Positions 53,045 through 64,000 of a stretch of DNA of 64,000 nt are shown here, piece after piece (position 1 is the first letter of the stretch; the number at the start of each line of letters is the position of its first letter). The DNA comes from Eledone cirrhosa (taxonomy: Eukaryota). The notes below the pieces were generated by a model, which was not told where the DNA came from, did no database searches, and saw nothing but the letters and a program-made list of their open reading frames with translations. Position numbers and translations under genes: made by a program. The stretch is taken from the NCBI GenBank assembly GCA_964016885.1, contig OZ024752.1, positions 23,684,001 to 23,748,000 on the forward strand, given 5' to 3'.

Positions 53045-56000
53045 TATTTATTAAAATAACAGATTAAAGTTTAAGCAATGAATCGCTGCTTTTACCCTTA
53101 GCTGGATCTTCTGAAACTAAAAAAATCAATCTGTGAACGTAGAAGTAAATATTTCGAAAAACGTTGCAACCGAAGGAAGACAAGAAGACGATACTTTGGT
53201 TCGTGGAGACGTTCCCTGGCAATGAACGGAAAAGCGAAGATAATACGTCATTATGTGGAGCGCTGAGAACAATTACACGCAAAGCCAAAACCACGTTTAT
53301 GGTATAACTGAAGTCGTAGACTAAAATTCTATTTAGGAAACCGAATGATTCTCGGCTTCAGGGTTAAGAATAATCTAAATAAATTACAGAGGTTATTGAA
53401 ATCAACAATAATTAAATATATACATGCACGCGTCCATATACGTACATACACATGCATACGCCAAAACACGTACACAAAAACACGCGCACAGGTACAAAAC
53501 CCACGCAACGCCTGTACCCGCACACATACGAACGTATACTCCAAATACACATAAAACATATATAATATATATATATATATGTGTGTGCGTGTATACATAT
53601 AATTATATAAACGTATATAAATATACACACATAAATACGTATATAACGCGCGCACACCCATACCTATATTTAAATACACATATGTTCGCTAAACATACGT
53701 CAACCAAAACACAAAGTACACATAAACTCACACCCTACATACGTGCAAACCCACATACACACACAAACGCAAAACTCACCTATACACATAACCATAGCCC
53801 ATGTACCACTATATATAATATAATATATACGCCTATAACAAATACAAGCAAATATACGTACGAGAAAGTATACGTACCTTCACAAAACATACTTACCTAT
53901 ACAAATAAGTAATGGTATAAACATAAAATATACTTAGCTACCACATCACGACGTAAATTATCCGCGTATAGTTCGTACTAACCGTTAGGGTATAATGTCG
54001 GGCTGTAATACAGTAAAATTTTGTGCAATTTATGTTTACAAGCCGAAATTGCCTCAGATTTTTTGCTTAATATGTGGTCATTGGCGTCGAGTAATTCAAG
54101 GGCTTCAGCGGCGCAGAGATCACACGGTCTTTTATTTGCGTTATACGATCTAGCTTTAACTAGGATCTCCCAGTGTAATCTATATTGGGTGTGGTTGTCT
54201 TTTAGACTCCAGATATAAGCTGAAAGTGACGTCATATTCCTTCTTAAAGGGTTAAGAAAAGAATGGGTATGCATGTAAAGACGCTGCTTGTATCTATTGG
54301 CGGTTAACCCTATGTAGGCCCTACAGGACGTGGGTGTTTTAACCTTACATTTGTAGACAATGTTACTGGAGAGGCATTTCCCGGATAGGGGGAAGTCAAC
54401 CCGATTCCTACAATTACAGTTAGTACTAGCTACAGGGTTGCACGTATTCCTACGGCTAGGTAATTTAGCTAAATTTGAAACAGTGATGTTATGTTTAAGG
54501 TTAAGAGTCATAGAGTAAGACATTTCAATGGTATTTCTATTAAAAATGTTATTATATTTATATGCAGGGGGGAAATGCTTCATAATAAGGGAGAGAAAGA
54601 ACTTAGCTAATGGTGTGGCCACCTCCATATTATATGGTGGGTTATACCCTATAATGCGTCGGGATCTATTTTTCCTAGGTCTATGCTCATACTCGATATA
54701 TGCTACCTTATCGACAAATCCACTCCGAGCAAGAGCTTCATTGTAATATGTGGAATGGTCGGTGAAAATATGCTCGTTTGTAGATAGACGGGAAAGCATC
54801 AAAGAAACGTTTCTTACCAGGTTCTTGGTTATGCTGGCAGGATGTTTAGAATGCTTACTTATGTAATTAAGCGTATCATTCATCTTTCTATACGGGTAGT
54901 GCAAGCTATTCGACAAATTAAGGGTAACGTCGAGGTAATTAACGACCGAGAGGTTGGCCTCAACCTGTATGGAGGGGTTGAAGCCTTTAAAGAAGGCTGT
55001 GAGTTCTTTTCAGAACCTGTCGCAAGTGCGTGGGCTGCACTTTGTCATAGTCAAAAGACCGTCATCACGGTACAAACCACCGCCCACGTTGGGGAATTCT
55101 TCCTTGATAGAGAAAAGAAGGAAAAGGCCGATAAGATCAGTAACCTCCGCAGAATCTCTGGCGCCCATACTCAAGTCGAATGGGTTACTATTAGATTTTT
55201 TTAATCTAAATAGAGTCTTCGAAATTAATCACTGACTTACGGGCATTGAAGATGACATCAACTTCGAAATTCTTAACCACCGTGAGCGTTTTAGCGAAAT
55301 TGATAGTTCTAAGAAGAAGTGGTAAAGTGATGGAGGAGTAGTAATTATTGATGTCAAATTGGATAAAACGGCAATGTTCCTTGCTGCATATGCCATTGAC
55401 CCAATCAATCACCGCGAAAGAATTGTTCCACAGTGCAAGAGGGGCCAAGCTTCTAATTTCAGGTATAATTCTATCTAAAATCCTTTTACTAAGTCCACCT
55501 AAATCGGACTTCGTAGGGTTAATAAGCCGAATAGAAGGGTTGTTCGGGAAATTGGATTTGTGATCCTTCAGGGTAAAGTGGGGGAGAAATAGGGTCCAGA
55601 GGTTCAGTCCGGTCTATGATGTTGAGATCAGAGGCGATTTTAAACCCAGCATCGTTGATGTCATTAATGACACTCCGATTAGTTTTACGGTAATCCTTAT
55701 TTACAGCATTATGTAGCAGTTGATGGTAAGTACTGCGCTCCACTTGATATAGATTGCCAGTTTTATCGGAGTGGACATGCACGGCATTAGAATCCTTAAT
55801 AGAACGAATTCCATTCTTCAGGTCCTGCTGGAAGGAATTGCTCCTATTCCGAAATTTGATACTCCGTATGAGTTCCAAGACATCATTTTCAAAGGGTAGC
55901 AATGCTGGGTTACTCGGAGGGTTATTGTAGGTTTTAAACCCAAATTTATCCTGTTTGTTGTCCGCTTTTCCCTGATTATCGAAATAAAAGGCAGTCAACG

Positions 56001-56933
56001 TAACCTTTTAATGAACATGTCTGTTTTCTGTATCAGGAGTTTTTGGTATTTCTTCCTGCTTAGTACCGGTATGTTCTTTGTAGAAATATTCAGATGTTGT
56101 TTCTGCATGATGAATATAAGTCAATAGAGTGCTCAACCGAGAGAGTCAAATAGTAATAATAATAAATTTGAAGATTAAATCCAAAGAGGGCTCGATAAGG
56201 ATAAATATATATCAAATATATAAGAACCGTAGAGCAAATATTTATTAAAATAACAGATAAAAGTTTAAGCAATGAATCGCTGCTTTCACCCTTAATGGGA
56301 TCTTCTGAAACTAAAAAATCAATCTATGAACGCAGAAGTAAATATTTCGAAAAACGTTGTAACCGAAGGAAGACAAGAAGACGATTCTTTGGTTCGTGGG
56401 GACGTTTCCTGGCAAAGAATGGAAAAAACGAAGATAATACGTTATTATTTGGATCAGTGATAACAATTACACGCAAAGACAAAAACCACGTTTATGGTAT
56501 AAATGAAGCCGTAGACTAATATTCTATTAGGTGGTTCGTAGAGACGTTCCCTGGCAATGAACGGAAAAACGAAGATAATACGTCATTATGTGGACCGATG
56601 AGAAAAATTACGCGCAAAGACAAAACCACCCTGCATATAAATATAATAAATTTTTTAATAGAAATACCATTAACATTTCTTACTCTACGACTCCTAACCT
56701 TGCACATAACATCACTGCTTCAAATTTAGCTAAATTACCTAGCCGTAGGAATACGCGCAACCCTGTAGTTAGTAGTAACTGTAATTGTAGGAATCGGGTT
56801 GACTTCCCCCTATCCGGGAAATGCCTCTCCAGTAACCTTGTCTACAAATGTAAGGTTGAAACACCCACGTCCCGTAGGGCCTACATAGAGTTAACCGCCA
56901 ATAGATTCAAGCAGCGTCTTTACATGCATACCG
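53045..56933 (-). mobile_element. Penelope-like retroelement (family E): direct pseudo-LTRs plus an inverted partial ORF copy at the 5' end
   Basis: 53045-53335 is repeated at 56238-56528, and 56630-56933 is the reverse complement of about 54266-54570. HHR variants lie at 53068-53118 and 56262-56312. Confidence 0.9.
53978..55998 (-). pseudogene. Penelope-like RT plus GIY-YIG, frameshifted
   Basis: Motifs SDKTGNLY, FIQFDINNYYSS, GGLYRDDGL and NCNC...PLSGKCLSSNIVYKC..YIGLT..KQRLYMH...CDLCAAE. Confidence 0.92.
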
Positions 56934-57617
56934 AGTGTTTTCTTTATAAATTCAATTTTTTTAAAATGATCTTCCTTCTTAATTTTAATAATTTAATATT
57001 TTTACCATTTGACATTATTTTCTTAATGATACTCCTCTAAATCTATTTTTTAGATGTAGATTGATAATCTTTAATTGACATTCTAAAAGTTATCCACTTT
57101 ACGATAGTTCTTCGAAATGCACAATACTTTTTCCCTCTTCTTTGATCTTCAAACTTTCACACATATTTCGACTAAAATAATATGTAATTGAAACTCTCAT
57201 CCATGAAAAATTAATCTCACACAAAATAATATATAATTTTCTCTTCATATTTTCTGAGTAAATCATTCATCAAATTTAACGGTTAGCAAACAAGATTGGA
57301 GTTATCTTTTCCCTTTCTTTTTCCTTTTCAATTGAGCAAACATAAAAATTATTAATTCTTTTTAAATTAACGTAAATACAAGCTCTTCTTTCTCTATTTT
57401 CTTCTTCCTACTCATACATACATATTAATTATTTAAATCTACATAGCATCTAAAAATAACGTTTTTTTTCAGCCCTATACCTCAACCTCATTTGCATACT
57501 CATCTTAATAATTTGAAATATCTTACTTTTCTTCTCTTTTCCTTCACTATCCAGAAAAACATGAACCGTTAAGGTATTTTTTTCTGGTTATGTCAATATC
57601 TATAAAACAAACTTTGT

Positions 57618-57676
57618 ATTTTATCTGATGAGGGCGTACCAAAGTTTTGGTACACTTGAATTATATATAATAGAAT
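57618..57676 (+). ncRNA. Hammerhead motif (family B), GAAA mutated to GAAT
   Basis: ATTTTAT CTGATGA GGGCGTACCAAA-G-TTTTGGTACACTT GAAT TATATA TA ATAGAAT, inside family B pseudo-LTR 56940-57830. Confidence 0.65.
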
Positions 57677-57816
57677 AAATATGGTTTTATAAATATAGTT
57701 TCCATTTATATAATATCATTGAATATTATACTCCAGAAAAATCTGTCGAGTGCTTTGAATCAGTTATAAACACATTTATATTTGTTGAATTACCAACAAA
57801 TTGAATATCCCTTTTG

Positions 57817-57873
<57 letters not shown>

Positions 57874-58022
57874 CATAATATATATAATATATAATATATA
57901 TAATATATAATATATATAATATATAATATATACAATATATACCAAAGTATCGTCTTCCTGTCTTCCTTCGGTTGCAACGTTTTTCGAAATATTTACTTCT
58001 GCGTTCACAGATTGATATTTTT

Positions 58023-58073
58023 AGTTTCAGAAGATCCCGTTAAGGGTGAAAGCAGCGATTCTTTGCTTAAACT
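58023..58073 (+). ncRNA. Hammerhead-like motif, CAGAAGA core variant (family E solo pseudo-LTR 57945-58175)
   Basis: AGTTT CAGAAGA TCCC-GTTAA-GGGT GAAA GCA...TGC TT AAACT. Confidence 0.65.
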
Positions 58074-58171
58074 TTAATATGTTATGTTAATAAATATTTG
58101 ATCTACGGTTCTTATATATTTGATATATATTTATCCTTATCGAGCCCTCTTTGGATTTTAGTCTTCAAATT

Positions 58172-61890
<3,719 letters not shown>

Positions 61891-62583
61891 TAAATAAATA
61901 AACAAATAAATAGGTAAAAACCCTAAAAAATAAGCATAAGTTTCATTGTAATGTAATGTTTGAATGTCTGACTTAGTTTTTTTGTTTGTTTGTTTGTTTG
62001 TTTGTTTTTCTTTTCTTTTTTCTTTTCTTTACGTTTTTCGTTGCTGCTGTGCTGTTTTGATTTTGATTTTTGATTTTTTGATGTTTTGACCGGGTCATCA
62101 AATCAGTCTATTTATATCTTTTGATGCCTTCCTGACTTAGTGGGAATACTACGATACCTCTGTCTTACCAGGAGGTAGTGGGAGAGAATAGCGGCGGTAG
62201 CGATAATGAGGCAGTGGTGGTGGTGGTGATGTGATCGTAGTACTGTAGTGATGGTGTTGAAGTTGAAGTAGAAATAGAAGTTGGAGTAACTTGGCTAGAT
62301 TTTTTGGTGTGGTAGTGGTGATGGTGGTGGTGGTGGTGTTGGTGGTGAAATTATTTGCCTGTTTGTCCACGTAGCCATTTTCCTCTTCTTTGACTATAAC
62401 ATTTCTGATCCAAAATTAAATATTAAATATTGGGGCCCTATGTCATAATGTGATGCGTTGTCACTTGCTGAGAGTTAAAACTGTAATCTTATGTTTCATT
62501 TGTAATAAGAATTATTCTATCACAGTTGTTTTAAATATGTAAAAGTCAAAAGCTTACGGGAGCGATTCCATAACGATATATCC

Positions 62584-62616
<33 letters not shown>

Positions 62617-62617
62617 T

Positions 62618-62915
62618 ATGCCACCGCGGAACGGGAAGATGGTCATGCCATCTGGCCTTTGCCGTCCCCTCGGTCAAGCCCCACCGGCTCGAGATGGGGG
62701 GGGGAATCCCGCAGCGTCCAAGCCACGCTTTGTGACCTGGTTGAGTGCAGCATGGCATGGAAGGCAACCGACACTGTGGCGACAGGAAAGCGGGTGGAGG
62801 CCAAAAGAGTCCACGGTGGATCCGCAGCGACATTGGTGTGGCTCGTAGATCCAGAGGCCGAGCCTCACGGAAACGCCGATGCGCACTTCTACTACCACGT
62901 TGCCACCCACTGCCA
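62618..62915 (-). pseudogene. CRE-like LINE zinc-knuckle/RLE fragment
   Basis: RLGL...CRCG..VD..GLH.LSC.....HAALN, then after a frameshift EPVGLDRGDG..PDGMTIFPF. Confidence 0.7.
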
Positions 62916-63120
62916 TATGGACACATATATATATATATATATATATAGATATATAGATATATATATATATGAAATAGCAATATATATATATGAATGTATA
63001 TATAGTGTATTTTGCAATACACTGTATGCTTAATTAAAAGAATTTTGAAGACCTTACGCTATTGTTTTAAAGTAGTGACAATGTCAATTATTTCTATTTT
63101 CAGCAAACAAGGGGAGATAA

Positions 63121-63163
63121 GCTGACAGAGCTCTGTTTCGTACATGTTGGTACTTATCAAAGC
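63121..63163 (-). ncRNA. Degenerate hammerhead motif
   Basis: Minus strand: GCT TTGATAA GTAC-CAACAT-GTAC GAAA CAGAGCTCTG TC AGC. Confidence 0.4.
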
Positions 63164-63452
63164 TCAGCACTCCTCCTGTCTGCTGAAAATTATGAATGTT
63201 GGATTCTTATAGAATTCCAGTAATAATCAGGAACTGATTATACAGATCGGTTGCCGGACCAGCAACAATTGAAAATTGGTGCTCTGAAATAGCGATATAT
63301 ATATGAAAACAATAGCGTACGGTCTTCAAAATGCTTATAATTATATATATGATAATATATATATATATATATATATTATAATATATATTATTTATTATAA
63401 TATATATTATATATATATATATATATATTATAATATATATTATATATATATA

Positions 63453-63518
<66 letters not shown>

Positions 63519-63519
63519 C

Positions 63520-63943
63520 AGGCACACATATATATATGCACGTATCAGTTTACCGAACATTTATTATAATGTTCGCTTTGTTCGTTTGTAAACAAACGAG
63601 CAGCCTGATTTACGCCGTACAGTGTTCAGGCCACCACGTCACCCTTTTGTTCAACACTGACACAGGAACGATGTACTAGTTTAAAGCTTGTTAGCTATCG
63701 TCAGCACCGTATACCTTTCTGCCAGATGGTTGACCGTCCGAAAGTATATACTTTCCTTATGAAAATTAACGGCTGAGCAGCCTAATTTGCATATCGAGTG
63801 AGTTCAGTCGGCCAGGCGCACCGAAAACGATAAATGGAATAGAATGAAACGAAATTTCATTTCTCACTCTTAGTACGGTACTTACTTAAATGTAAGTATG
63901 TATGTATACGTACGTACATATATGTATAAAGACGTACAGTAGC

Positions 63944-63950
<7 letters not shown>
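63520..63950 (-). mobile_element. Monomer of the 50953-51549 retrozyme-like family; HHR 63669-63709 (GAAA mutated to TAAA)
   Basis: Reverse-complement similarity to about 51060-51480 over one unit length. Confidence 0.75.
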
Positions 63951-63995
<45 letters not shown>

Positions 63996-64000
63996 GCACA

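Overview
AT-rich, microsatellite-saturated eukaryotic DNA with no recognisable host gene. The SINE and repeat content resembles a cephalopod (octopus-like) genome, which is an inference. The window is a stack of decayed transposons inserted mostly into (TA)n tracts. It holds two frameshifted RepHel Helitrons, each with an N-terminal 69-bp/23-aa STPR-like array, five Penelope-like retroelements (RT +/- GIY-YIG), an R4/Dong-type RLE LINE, a CRE-like LINE fragment, a Tigger/pogo element and tRNA-derived SINEs. The ORF track hides the main signal: about 30 intact, variant or degenerate type I hammerhead ribozyme (HHR) motifs from roughly ten unrelated repeat families. They occur in Penelope pseudo-LTRs, in retrozyme-like direct repeats, and in tail-out inverted pairs or fold-back palindromes whose fold point differs between copies. 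Several families share non-canonical core positions (U4 to A or C; U-U at the base of stem II). All motifs and coordinates were read by eye, so ends are approximate.
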